Shown piece after piece: positions 48,286-58,309 of a DNA stretch of 64,000 nt. Numbering within the stretch: the first letter of the stretch is position 1; every line of letters starts with the position of its first letter. A program made the translations under genes and the position numbers. The DNA comes from Myxococcales bacterium (GTDB lineage: Bacteria; Desulfobacterota; Binatia; UTPRO1; JBBIJE01): the NCBI GenBank assembly GCA_037446155.1, contig JBBIJE010000013.1, positions 17,008 to 81,007 on the forward strand, in the 5' to 3' direction. The notes beneath the pieces are model-generated. The model searched no databases. It was not told where the DNA came from and was given only the letters and a program-made list of their open reading frames with translations.

Positions 48286-50208
48286 ATGTGCGCCATCTGC
48301 GGCACTTACGGCTTCAGTGATAGGGAGCTGCTCCAGCAAATGTGCGATGTCATGATGCATCGGGGCCCGGACGACGAGGGCTTCTACGTTGGCGACCAGG
48401 TGGGTCTGGGCATGCGTCGCCTTAGCATAATCGATGTGAGAGGCGGGCACCAGCCGATTTGCAACGAGGATAGGACAGTTTGGGTGGTGTTCAACGGAGA
48501 GATCTACAACTTCCGTGAGTTGCGCGTGGAGCTCGAAAAGCGAGGCCATCATTTTCGGACCGGGACAGATACAGAGGTCTTAGTTCATGCGTATGAGGAG
48601 TTTGGCGATTCCTTGGTGCAGAGGATTAGAGGGATGTTCGCCTTTGCGATTTGGGATTCAAGAACCAGGCGCCTCTTGCTTGCCCGAGACCGTGTCGGCA
48701 TGAAGCCACTATATTACAGGTGGCAGTGTGGCAGGCTTTGGTTCGCCTCGGAGATAAAAGGCATCCTGCAGTCGGGCTGCTCGCGCGAGTTGGATTTTTT
48801 CGCGTTGCACGAGTATTTTTCGCTTGCGCACGTGCCAGCACCGCGCACGATTTTCAAGGACATCCGCAAACTCCTGCCGGGGCATATTCTCGTGTGTTCT
48901 GACGGGAGCATGAGCGTACACCGGTATTGGGACCCGATGCCACCAAAGCGCCGGACGCTCGATTGGGACAGCGCGAAAGCCGAGACACGGCGGTTATTGG
49001 AGGAAAGCGTGCGGGAGCACCTTGTTTCCGATGTCCCACTTGGGGCGTTTCTCAGCGGCGGCGTGGACTCTACCGCTATCGTCGCCTTTATGGCCAGACA
49101 TAGCCAAGAAGCGGTCCGCACCTTTTCGCTAGGATTCGAGAAACGCGCTTGCTACTTTGACGAATTAGCCTATGCCAGGATCGCCGCAGCGCACTTCGGC
49201 ACCAGACACACTGAGATTCCTGTGACGGTGGATGTGGTGGATCTCCTGCCGCAGGTGATTTCCCACTTTGACGAGCCCTTCGCCAACGACACTGCCTTGG
49301 TCATGTACCTGCTCTCCAAGGAGGTGAGGAGGCATGTGACCGTTGTGCTCAGTGGGACTGGCGGTGACGAGTTATTCGCCGGTTACAATCGCTACGTCGG
49401 AATGCGACTGGCCGAGCTTTACAGCAAGGCGCCTCGCCTTCTCAGGAAGGTGATGGCTGACGTAGTCGCACAGGTGATCTCGGAGCGCGTTGATGGCCGC
49501 CACTTCCCCCGCTGGCTCCGGGAATTCACGGCAGCAGGCCTGGTAGGGAGCGAAGACCGGTATCTGAGTTGGGTGACATATTTCAGCGAGGAGGCAAAGC
49601 ATGAGCTTTATGGCGACCTACTGCGTGAGCTGTGCAACGGCGCCAGCGGTGCCTCGATAGTGCAGAGCTGTTTACGGGCACTCGACGATCGGCGGGACTA
49701 TGGAGATGCCATGTTCTACGCAGACGTTAAGGAGTACCTTCCGAACGATCAACTCGAGTACAGCGAAAAGATGAGTATGGCTCACTCCTTGGAGCTGAGG
49801 GTTCCCTTTTGCGACCACCGGCTCGTCGAGTTCTGTGCATCTGTACCGCTCTCTTTGAAAACGAGAGGATTCAGACCGAAGCGGCTTCTCAAAGAAGCGC
49901 TGCGCGGGCTTGTTCCGGATCAGATAATCGACCGGCCCAAACATGGATTGCATGCTCCGATCGGTATTTGGCTTCAGACCGATCTGGCACCGCTCCTCGG
50001 GCGCCTTTTGTCCCGTGAGGTAGTGGAGAGAAGAGGCTATTTTCGTTACCAGGCTATCCAAAAACTCATCGGCCTCCATAACTCCGGCAAGCGGGACTTG
50101 TCATGGCAGATCTGGATGCTCCTGGTATTCGAGTTGTGGCACATGGCGTACCTGGATGGGGGCATCACAGCGACGCAATGGTCGCATTTGGGTGATCGCT
50201 GGGCGTAA
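48286..50208 (+). CDS. asnB: asparagine synthase (glutamine-hydrolysing) family amidotransferase
   Basis: N-terminal MCAICG (Cys2 Ntn nucleophile), LSGGVDSTAIVA PP-loop, about 640 aa. Confidence 0.9.
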   Translation: MCAICGTYGFSDRELLQQMCDVMMHRGPDDEGFYVGDQVGLGMRRLSIIDVRGGHQPICNEDRTVWVVFNGEIYNFRELRVELEKRGHHFRTGTDTEVLVHAYEEFGDSLVQRIRGMFAFAIWDSRTRRLLLARDRVGMKPLYYRWQCGRLWFASEIKGILQSGCSRELDFFALHEYFSLAHVPAPRTIFKDIRKLLPGHILVCSDGSMSVHRYWDPMPPKRRTLDWDSAKAETRRLLEESVREHLVSDVPLGAFLSGGVDSTAIVAFMARHSQEAVRTFSLGFEKRACYFDELAYARIAAAHFGTRHTEIPVTVDVVDLLPQVISHFDEPFANDTALVMYLLSKEVRRHVTVVLSGTGGDELFAGYNRYVGMRLAELYSKAPRLLRKVMADVVAQVISERVDGRHFPRWLREFTAAGLVGSEDRYLSWVTYFSEEAKHELYGDLLRELCNGASGASIVQSCLRALDDRRDYGDAMFYADVKEYLPNDQLEYSEKMSMAHSLELRVPFCDHRLVEFCASVPLSLKTRGFRPKRLLKEALRGLVPDQIIDRPKHGLHAPIGIWLQTDLAPLLGRLLSREVVERRGYFRYQAIQKLIGLHNSGKRDLSWQIWMLLVFELWHMAYLDGGITATQWSHLGDRWA

Positions 50209-50516
50209 GTCAGATGGCAGCATTTGGATTCCATGCCAGTGGTATCGAGAAATCGAGCGACCCTGCGGACGGTCGCGGTGGCAGCCAGGGGTGGCTCGAC
50301 GCCGGGCCAGCGCTTGCGGTATGGCTGAGCACCGGTGTTGCGATGACGTCGGCAGAGGCGACGCCGTTGGGGTGCACTTCAGCCGTGGGTGGCCTTGACG
50401 TTGATAGGCAAGTTCCTCTTGAGCGAAATCTTCGCTGCGGCCGAACTCGGGAGGGTTAGACGCTTGGATTTCAAAGCGCTGGCGGGATTGTGGGACAATC
50501 TCTGGGGAACGTTTCT

Positions 50517-52802
50517 GTGAAACAGCTTGTGCAAAACTACCGCACCGGTGATTTGAGAATCGAGGAGGTTCCACCGCCGGCGGTTCGCCCCGGTGGTGTG
50601 CTCGTCCGCAACGCCTTCTCACTCATAAGCGCCGGCACCGAGCGGAGCATGATCGAGCTGGCGAGAAAGAGCCTGCTCGAGAAGGCGCGGTCGCGGCCGG
50701 ACCTCGTGCGTAAGGTTCTGGAGAAGGCGCGTACCGAGGGCCCGCTGGTGGCTTACCAGAAGGCCAGGGAGCGCCTGGATGCTCCGATGCCCCTGGGTTA
50801 CAGCAGTGCAGGTGTCGTGATCGAGGTGGGGGAGGGCGTCTGCGACCTACGAGTGGGTGACTCGGTGGCGTGCGCCGGTATTGGGTACGCGTCGCACGCC
50901 GAGGTAGTGTTCGTGCCGCGAAACCTCTGTGTGAAGGTGCCGACGGGGACTTTTGCCGCGTCTAACGGTGGCCTAGCTACCCACGCTTCACTGCGCTACC
51001 AGGCTGCACCGCTGGTACAGCCGCTCGGATTGGATGAGGCAGCCTATACCACAGTGGGCGCGATCGCGCTCGAGGCGGTACGGGTGTCGGATGTGCGCCT
51101 CGGAGAAGCGGTGGTTGTGATCGGCCTCGGCTTGGTTGGCCTGTTGGCCGTTCAAATCCTGAAGGCGGCTGGCTGTCGCGTGCTTGGCCTCGATATCGAC
51201 GCCTCCCGATGCCGGCTAGCCGAGCGGCTCGGCGCAGATGCTGCGACGGGCGATATGGCAAGCGCGGTAGCCGCTTTGTCGGCGGTTTTCGGCCTGCCCG
51301 GTGCCGATGCGGTGCTCGTTACTGCCGCTTCGGAATCGAGCCAGCCTTTGCTTTTTGCTGGGGAGCTTGCCCGGGACCGGGGGCGCGTCGTGGTGGTAGG
51401 CAGTGTCGGTACGGAGGTGCCGCGCAAGCTCTACTATGAGAAGGCGCTCGAGGTCAGAATGTCCCGCTCTTATGGGCCGGGCCGATACGAGAGGCTCTAC
51501 GAGGAGAAGGGAGTAGAATACCCAATCGGGTACGTACGCTGGACGGAAAACCGGAATATGCAGGCTTTCCTTCAACTGCTGGCCGAGCGCAAAGTTGATG
51601 TACGCTCCCTGACGACGCACCGTTTTGCCATCTGCAATGCGCTGGACGCCTACGCGCTAATTACCGAGAGACGCGAGCCTCATGTCGGCGTACTGCTTTC
51701 CTATCCGGAGGGACTGCAACTTGCGCCTAAGATCGAGGTAAGGTTTGCCACGAACGGCAAGCGTCTTGCTCGTCAGAGGCTAAGGCCGCAGGTTGGGCTG
51801 GGTGTGATCGGTGCCGGCGGCTTCGCGCGGGCGGTGCTTCTACCGGCGCTTCGCCAAATCGATGGTGTTTCGCTCAGGGGGATCTGCTCGCAAGGGGGAT
51901 TGAGCGCGAGGGCGGCTGCGGAACGTTACGGGTTCGAATACTGCTGTTCTGACCCGCGGCAGCTTTTCGATGATCCGGGGATCGATGGGATTGTTATCGC
52001 CACGAGACCAGGATCGCATGCGGCGCTTGCGGTTTCAGCGCTGGAGGCAGGAAAAAAAATATTCGTCGAGAAGCCCCTGGCGGTGAATTTAGAACAGTTA
52101 CGCCTCCTGGCTGGAGCTGCCCGGAATGGGGGGTATATCTTTGTCGGCTTCAACCGTAGGTATTCCCCATTTGCGCGCCACTTGAAGTCTTTCCTAGGCC
52201 AACGCAGAAACCCGCTGGTTGCCCTTTATCGGGTAAGCGCTAACTTTCTTCGGCCGGATGACTGGCAGCACGATATAGAGGAAGGAGGCGGGAGAATCGT
52301 GGGGGAGGCGGCGCATTTCGTCGACCTGTTGAGCTACCTCGTTGGGACGCCGCCTGAATCCGTTTGGGCGCGTGCAATTGGTGGGGCACCGGCGAACGTC
52401 TTTGTCCATGAAAATGCTGCCTTGACCTTGTCTTTCAACGACGGTTCGCTCGCGACGATTATCTATACTACCCAAGGGAGTGCGCGATTCCCGAAGGAAC
52501 GCCTCGAAGTCTTTTTTGAGGGCGCGACGGCGGTTATAGATGACTTTCGTCGGCTCGAGTGTCTGCGTGAGGGAAGGCGCACGGTTCACCGAGCTTGGCT
52601 CGGGCATGACAAGGGACACAGGGCCGAGCTTTCCACTTTTGTGGAGACGGTGCGCTCCGGTGATCCGCCGCCCGTCTCCCTTCGCGAGTGCTTGCTAACG
52701 ACTCTGTGCACATTGCGTGCGGTGGAATCCCTTCGAACGGGAGAGCTGCTTTCGGTGGATCCGACGCTTCTTGCGGCCGTGGAGGAAGCCGGCACGGCCT
52801 GA
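50517..52802 (+). CDS. bi-domain oxidoreductase (zinc-type alcohol dehydrogenase/MDR + Gfo/Idh/MocA)
   Basis: The N-half is MDR-like (VKQLVQNYRTGDLRIEEVPPP, GLGLVGLLAVQILKAAGC). The C-half is Gfo/Idh/MocA-like (GVIGAGGFARAVLLPAL, KIFVEKPLA). The GTG at 50517 is preferred over 50490. Confidence 0.85.
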   Translation: MKQLVQNYRTGDLRIEEVPPPAVRPGGVLVRNAFSLISAGTERSMIELARKSLLEKARSRPDLVRKVLEKARTEGPLVAYQKARERLDAPMPLGYSSAGVVIEVGEGVCDLRVGDSVACAGIGYASHAEVVFVPRNLCVKVPTGTFAASNGGLATHASLRYQAAPLVQPLGLDEAAYTTVGAIALEAVRVSDVRLGEAVVVIGLGLVGLLAVQILKAAGCRVLGLDIDASRCRLAERLGADAATGDMASAVAALSAVFGLPGADAVLVTAASESSQPLLFAGELARDRGRVVVVGSVGTEVPRKLYYEKALEVRMSRSYGPGRYERLYEEKGVEYPIGYVRWTENRNMQAFLQLLAERKVDVRSLTTHRFAICNALDAYALITERREPHVGVLLSYPEGLQLAPKIEVRFATNGKRLARQRLRPQVGLGVIGAGGFARAVLLPALRQIDGVSLRGICSQGGLSARAAAERYGFEYCCSDPRQLFDDPGIDGIVIATRPGSHAALAVSALEAGKKIFVEKPLAVNLEQLRLLAGAARNGGYIFVGFNRRYSPFARHLKSFLGQRRNPLVALYRVSANFLRPDDWQHDIEEGGGRIVGEAAHFVDLLSYLVGTPPESVWARAIGGAPANVFVHENAALTLSFNDGSLATIIYTTQGSARFPKERLEVFFEGATAVIDDFRRLECLREGRRTVHRAWLGHDKGHRAELSTFVETVRSGDPPPVSLRECLLTTLCTLRAVESLRTGELLSVDPTLLAAVEEAGTA

Positions 52803-52820
52803 AGTGATGTTGGGGAGGGG

Positions 52821-54899
52821 GTGTCGGTGGAGGTGGTGCAGCGGGGTTCGTGGATAACGCAAGGCTGGGCCGAGGCCTTGGCGCTGCCCGAACGTGTGCG
52901 CCTTTATTTAGAGACGGCCCGGTACTTCCGGCCGAGCCAAATTATGGCTCGCCTTGCGCTTTACGCTAGACGTAGGAGCATTCACAGGCTGCCCCACTTG
53001 TTGGAGTGGCGGTACAAGCCCGCTCCGGATGAGGTGGTTCCAGCGAGCGAACCGCTTCTTCCCTTCGACCCCGAGGCAGTCGCCCAAACGCTTGCCGGGT
53101 CGCAGCACCTTGCGGAGGTTCGCAGGCGCCTCGATGAGCTTTTCTCTGGCCAGTTTACCTTCATGGAGCGTCCGGTGCACTTTTCCGATGGGATCGCGTG
53201 GAGCGCACCCGGTCAAGCTCGACTCTGGCTCTACAAGCTCCATTACTTTGCGTGGGTGTGGGGCCTAGTGCTCGCCAGCGCGTGTCAAGGCGACGGTACG
53301 CCGTACGAGTACTTCCGTAGGCTCGCCACCGATTGGATCGAGAGCAACCCGATTGCGCGCGGTGTCGGCTGGCATTCGTATCCACTGGCGCTTCGGCTAG
53401 TGAACTGGATTTATGCAGCCGAGGCATTCAAGACGCATCTGGAAGCCGACGAGAAATTCGCCGGCCGCTTTTGGACTAGCCTTTTCACTCAGGCTCGCTT
53501 TCTCGCCGACCACTTAGAGTGGGACTGTCGCGGAAACCATCTTTTCGAGAATGGCAGGGCGCTCCTTGTTGCAGGGCTCTTCTTCCAGGGCTCCCAGGCC
53601 GCCAGGTGGGTGCGTAAAGGCATGCGGATAATTGCGAAGGCCATGGAAGAACAAATCCTCCCAGACGGGTGCCATTTCGAGCGCAGTCCCATGTACCACA
53701 CGATTGTGCTCAAAGGCTGTTTAGAGATTGCTGCCATTGCGCGCGTGCGGCTGGTGGCCTTACCGGAGCGTTTCGTCGAGAAGCTGCGCGCCATGGTCGA
53801 ATTTGCCATCGCGTTTCGGCACCCGGACGGCAGAATTCCACTGTTTGGAGACTCGGCCTTCGAAGACACTCCGGTTCTTGAAGAGCTCTTGCCGGCCGCC
53901 GCGGTACTGCTCGGCGAGCCGCGCTACAAGGGCCTTGCGAAAAGATTCAGTCCCTTTGCCGCGTTTTTCCTGGGCCGGAAAGGGGCGGAAGCCTTTGCGG
54001 CTTTGGGGGACGGGGGAGGGCTCGCGAGCATCGATGTCGAGGCCTTTCCAGCGGCTCGCTTTTTTCTCTTTCCGCACGGCTCGGGAAACGTCTTGATTTT
54101 CGATGGGGGAGAGATCGGGCCCGACGAGGTGCCGGCCCATGGCCACTGCAACACGTTTGGCTACGAGCTTTCTGTGGGCGGCCGGCGGGTGGTTGTGGAC
54201 TCCGGCGTTGAGACCTACGAGCCCGGCGAGTGGAGAAACTTCTACCGCAGCACGCGAGCGCATAACACCCTAACGGTGGATGGCTTGGAGCAGTCCGAGA
54301 CGTGGGCTGCGTTCAGGGTGGCTCGCCGGGCGAGAGTGTCGGGTGCTCGCTGGGGCATCTCGCCGGCGCTCGCCTGGTTCTCGGCCTCGCACGACGGTTT
54401 TTGCCGGGTTGTTCGCGGGCTTTGCCACCGTCGCCTAGTTGTCTCGATCCCCGCTGTCTTGTGGCTGATCGCCGACCTCGTATGGGGTGCGACGGGCGAG
54501 CACAATATCGAGAGCTTCGTTCATCTGCACCCCGATTTCGGGGCGAGCCCAACCGCTGATCCGCACGGTCCGCTAGCCATCGCCACACCGGGAGAGGCCC
54601 CCGTTTTGTCTGTACTTCCCTTCGGGTTCGACCCGCCGGTGGTGGTGAGCCGTGGCACGCAGCCGCTTCAGGGTTGGTATTCCCCACAATTCGGTCTCAG
54701 GCTTCCCAGCAGCGTCATCATTTTCCGGCGCCGTGCAAAGTTGCCACATTTGTGTGGCTACGTGTTGCTGCCGGGGCCGGTGAGTTCGGTGTCGATCGAG
54801 GCAAAGAGAGAGAACACAAGAGAGACCTATCGGGTTTCGAGCGACGGTGTTGCTTACAGCATCGCCTACACGGGTGAGAGCGCCAGCTTGCAAAGCTGA
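52821..54899 (+). CDS. heparinase II/III-like (alginate-lyase-fold N-domain) protein
   Basis: WHSYPLALRLVNW, NHLFENGRALLVAG, ERSPMYH and HGHCNTFGYEL are characteristic of the heparinase II/III family. Confidence 0.8.
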   Translation: MSVEVVQRGSWITQGWAEALALPERVRLYLETARYFRPSQIMARLALYARRRSIHRLPHLLEWRYKPAPDEVVPASEPLLPFDPEAVAQTLAGSQHLAEVRRRLDELFSGQFTFMERPVHFSDGIAWSAPGQARLWLYKLHYFAWVWGLVLASACQGDGTPYEYFRRLATDWIESNPIARGVGWHSYPLALRLVNWIYAAEAFKTHLEADEKFAGRFWTSLFTQARFLADHLEWDCRGNHLFENGRALLVAGLFFQGSQAARWVRKGMRIIAKAMEEQILPDGCHFERSPMYHTIVLKGCLEIAAIARVRLVALPERFVEKLRAMVEFAIAFRHPDGRIPLFGDSAFEDTPVLEELLPAAAVLLGEPRYKGLAKRFSPFAAFFLGRKGAEAFAALGDGGGLASIDVEAFPAARFFLFPHGSGNVLIFDGGEIGPDEVPAHGHCNTFGYELSVGGRRVVVDSGVETYEPGEWRNFYRSTRAHNTLTVDGLEQSETWAAFRVARRARVSGARWGISPALAWFSASHDGFCRVVRGLCHRRLVVSIPAVLWLIADLVWGATGEHNIESFVHLHPDFGASPTADPHGPLAIATPGEAPVLSVLPFGFDPPVVVSRGTQPLQGWYSPQFGLRLPSSVIIFRRRAKLPHLCGYVLLPGPVSSVSIEAKRENTRETYRVSSDGVAYSIAYTGESASLQS

Positions 54900-54938
54900 G
54901 GGAGGCGCAAGGTGCTCGTTTCGCGAGGAGGGGCGGAG

Positions 54939-56267
54939 ATGTCAGAGAATGGGGGGATTTCTGTCTTTGGGCTCGGATACGTGGGGACGATCACCGCAGC
55001 CTCTCTTGCGCAAAAGGGGTGGCAGGTGGTGGGCGTGGATGTCAACCCCGCGAAGGTCGGTGCGGTGAGCCGAGGCTTCAGTCCAGTGGTCGAACCCGGC
55101 CTCTCGGACCTGGTTCACCAGATGGTGCGGGCCGGGCGCCTGCGAGCGACAACTGACCATCGGGAAGCCGTCGCGGTCTCAAACATATCGCTTGTCTGTG
55201 TGGGTACTCCGAGCGCTCCAGATGGTGGCTTGGATTTGACACACGTGCGTCAGGTAATTAGGCAAATCGGCAAGGCGCTGCGAAGCAAGGGCCCGGGCCA
55301 CGTCGTGGTGGTGCGAAGCACCATGCTTCCAGGTTGCGCGGAGGCTGAGGTGTTGCCTCTCCTCGAGCGGGAGTCGGCCATGCGGGCCGGTGCTGACGTC
55401 GGCTTCTGCGTCAATCCGGAATTCCTGCGCGAGGGGAGCAGTCTGCGCGATTTCGAGGATCCCCCCTTTACACTGATCGGTGAACTGGACGCGCGCAGTG
55501 GGGAACGAGTGGCGGCTCTGTACGGAGGGCTACAAGCGCCGGTGATCCGGACGGACCTCAGAACGGCGGAAATGCTCAAGTACGCGAGCAACGCATGGCA
55601 TGCTTTGAAGATCAGTTTCGCGAACGAGATCGGTAATTTTTGCCAGCGGCTCGGAGTCGACAGCCACCGCCTCATGGAGATCTTCTGCCGCGACACGAAG
55701 CTCAATATTTCCAGCGCCTACCTTAGGCCGGGCTTCGCTTTCGGGGGATCCTGCTTGCCCAAGGACCTGCGGGCCCTCCTGCACCGTGCGCAGTCGGAGC
55801 ACCTCGAGTTACCGGTCTTGGAGGCTATCCCGAGAAGCAACGAGCTTCAGGCGCGGCTGGGGATCGAGATGGTATTGCGCTCGGGCAAGAGACGGGTCGG
55901 GGTCCTTGGATTTTCGTTCAAGGAGGACACCGATGACTTGAGGGAAAGCCCGATGGTGCTAGTGATCGAGACGCTCATCGGCAAGGGTTACGACGTCATG
56001 GTTTATGATGCCGACGTCGCGCTCGGGCGTGTCACCGGTGCCAATAAACGTTACATAGAGCAGGCAATTCCTCACATTGCCTCTATCATGTACGATGATC
56101 CGGCGGTGATCCTCGATCGTGCCGAAGTGGTAGTGATAGGAAAACGCTGCCCCAAGTTTCGCCAAATGGTGTCAGAGCTAAACGGAAGGCGCGTGGTGGT
56201 GGATCTGGTCAGGCTGTTCGATAAGCCGCCAGGAGAAGGTATCGAGTATAAGGGTATTTGCTGGTGA
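54939..56267 (+). CDS. nucleotide-sugar 6-dehydrogenase, GDP-mannose dehydrogenase (AlgD)-like
   Basis: ISVFGLGYVGTITAASLAQKGWQVVGVDVNPAKV...SPVVEPGL resembles the AlgD N-terminus. GGSCLPKDL holds the catalytic Cys. The ATG at 54939 has a GGAGGGG Shine-Dalgarno. Confidence 0.85.
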   Translation: MSENGGISVFGLGYVGTITAASLAQKGWQVVGVDVNPAKVGAVSRGFSPVVEPGLSDLVHQMVRAGRLRATTDHREAVAVSNISLVCVGTPSAPDGGLDLTHVRQVIRQIGKALRSKGPGHVVVVRSTMLPGCAEAEVLPLLERESAMRAGADVGFCVNPEFLREGSSLRDFEDPPFTLIGELDARSGERVAALYGGLQAPVIRTDLRTAEMLKYASNAWHALKISFANEIGNFCQRLGVDSHRLMEIFCRDTKLNISSAYLRPGFAFGGSCLPKDLRALLHRAQSEHLELPVLEAIPRSNELQARLGIEMVLRSGKRRVGVLGFSFKEDTDDLRESPMVLVIETLIGKGYDVMVYDADVALGRVTGANKRYIEQAIPHIASIMYDDPAVILDRAEVVVIGKRCPKFRQMVSELNGRRVVVDLVRLFDKPPGEGIEYKGICW

Positions 56268-56340
56268 CTCGGGTTAGGGCGAAAGCCCTGGGGAAAAAGG
56301 TGCGGGAGAGCGACGATAGGACCTGGGAGGCGAGGTAGGT

Positions 56341-57573
56341 GTGAGATTACTGGTTCTCACTTACCGCCTCCCTTGGCACACATTCACGGCGGACCGGTAC
56401 ACCATGCGCCACTTTCTGCAGTATTTCTCGAAGCGGCATGCTATTACGTTGCTGGCCTTTGCCGAGTCACAGGCGGAGGCTTGTCAGGCTGCGACGCTAA
56501 GCCCATTTTGCGAACGAGTTCTCCCGGTTGTGCTGCCCCGCTGGTATCAGTGCGGCCAGGCGATACGGGGGCTTGCTTCGGCAGAGCCGCTCAGCGTATG
56601 GTTTTATCGGTCCCCGGCGATGGCGCGGGCAGTCAGGAAGGTGGTGACTGGAGGGACCGTTGATCTCGCCTACGTCTATCACCTCCGCATGGCACAGTAC
56701 CTTGCGGACCTCCGCATCATTCCGAGGTGCATAGCGCTTCAGCCCGTTCAAATCCTTAACCTGCAGCGGTTCAAAGAAAACACGAAGCACCCGCTGTGGC
56801 GGGCTTTGTATCTGCTCGAGTACCGACGCATGCGTCGATACGAGCCCATGATAGCGCGATCCTTTGATCGCTGCCTTCTCATTTCCGAGAAGGACAGAGA
56901 ATCGTTAGACGAGAATGGCGAACTCACCAATATCTTTTTCAACCCCCACGGCCTCGACCCGGAGTTCTTCAAGCCGAACCCGCAGGTGCCCAAGGAACCT
57001 TGTTTGATCGTGTTCCACGGCAGCATGAGGTACCGGGCTAATGCAGATGCGATTACCTACTTTTGCCGGGAGATATTCCCGATCATCAAGAATGAAAAGC
57101 CTCAAGCCAAGCTGGCGGTGGTGGGCTACGAACCGCCAGCGGTAGTGAGGGCGCTTGCCCGCGATGATTCAGTGGTGGTCACTGGGAGCGTGGATGACGT
57201 GCGGCCCTACCTTTGGCGGGCCGAGGTAGCCATTGACCCGCTGCGCATCGGCGCGGGACTTCAAAATAAGGTGCTGGAGAGCATGGCGACAGCACTTCCT
57301 GTTGTCGCGACGAGCCTGGCCAACGAAGGCATCGGAGCAAAGGCGGGCGCGGAGATCCTCTTGGCGAACGACCCCCGGGAGTTCGCAGCGAAGGTCTGCC
57401 TGCTTTTTCGCGACCGCGCATTGGCAAGGCGGCTGAGCGCCGCGGGTCGCAGATTCGTAGAAAGACACTGGTCTTGGGAAACGCATTACCGCCCATTGGA
57501 AGACCTCTTCGAGGAGCTCGTGTCCACCGCGGGCGACCGAGGATGGGGTACCGGGAGGGCGGAGCTAGCGTAA
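56341..57573 (+). CDS. glycosyltransferase family 4 (EPS-locus 'stp'-like), GT-d
   Basis: PLRIGAGLQNKVLESMATALPVVATSLANEGIGA is the typical C-terminal motif of exopolysaccharide-locus GT-B sugar transferases. Confidence 0.85.
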   Translation: MRLLVLTYRLPWHTFTADRYTMRHFLQYFSKRHAITLLAFAESQAEACQAATLSPFCERVLPVVLPRWYQCGQAIRGLASAEPLSVWFYRSPAMARAVRKVVTGGTVDLAYVYHLRMAQYLADLRIIPRCIALQPVQILNLQRFKENTKHPLWRALYLLEYRRMRRYEPMIARSFDRCLLISEKDRESLDENGELTNIFFNPHGLDPEFFKPNPQVPKEPCLIVFHGSMRYRANADAITYFCREIFPIIKNEKPQAKLAVVGYEPPAVVRALARDDSVVVTGSVDDVRPYLWRAEVAIDPLRIGAGLQNKVLESMATALPVVATSLANEGIGAKAGAEILLANDPREFAAKVCLLFRDRALARRLSAAGRRFVERHWSWETHYRPLEDLFEELVSTAGDRGWGTGRAELA

Positions 57574-57625
57574 AGGGAGGATTCTCCTGGTATCGGCAGC
57601 ACGGCGGCGGCCTTGGGAGTGAGCG

Positions 57626-58294
57626 ATGGGGGCTCAAGAGAGGGCGAAACATTCCAGAGGGGCTCGGGTGAAAGCTTGGTATCGCCCCGGAGACGAGCAG
57701 GGGTATCTAAAGCGCCTCTTGGACATCGTCGGCTCATCTGTTCTTCTTCTCTTCCTTGCGCCCGTTCTTCTCCTCATTGCGGTTATCGTCAAGCTCACCT
57801 CCCCCGGCCCGATTTTCTATCGCTGGCGGGTCGTGGGCCAAGGGGGCAGGCCCTTTACGAGCTACAAATTCCGCACGATGGTGCAGAATGCCGATGAGCT
57901 CAAGGCGGGGCTTCTGGAAAAGAACGAGATGGGCGGGCCGGTTTTCAAGATGAAGGACGACCCTCGGGTGACCGCCGTCGGCCGCTGGCTTCGGCGCTAC
58001 AGCCTCGATGAGCTGCCGCAGCTTTGGAGCGTCCTCAAGGGCGATATGAGCCTGGTTGGACCGAGGCCTCCGCTTCAGAGCGAGTATGTGCACTTTGCCG
58101 AATGGCAAAGGCGAAAGCTTAGCGTAAAGCCCGGTATCACCTGCCTCTGGCAAGTGAGCGGCAGAAACCAGGTGAGAGATTTCGACGACTGGGTCAGAAT
58201 GGATCTCGAATACGTGGACAACTGGTCGCTTTGGTTGGATATCAAGATTCTCGCCCGCACGGCGCTAGCCGTGTTGAAAGGGACCGGTCTGTAG
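57626..58294 (+). CDS. small monotopic phosphoglycosyl transferase (PglC/WbaP C-domain type)
   Basis: LKRLLDIVGSS..., FTSYKFRTM, DDPRVT, SLDELPQLW (Asp-Glu dyad present), MSLVGPRPP. Confidence 0.9.
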   Translation: MGAQERAKHSRGARVKAWYRPGDEQGYLKRLLDIVGSSVLLLFLAPVLLLIAVIVKLTSPGPIFYRWRVVGQGGRPFTSYKFRTMVQNADELKAGLLEKNEMGGPVFKMKDDPRVTAVGRWLRRYSLDELPQLWSVLKGDMSLVGPRPPLQSEYVHFAEWQRRKLSVKPGITCLWQVSGRNQVRDFDDWVRMDLEYVDNWSLWLDIKILARTALAVLKGTGL

Positions 58295-58309
58295 GGCAGG
58301 GGAGGGAAG

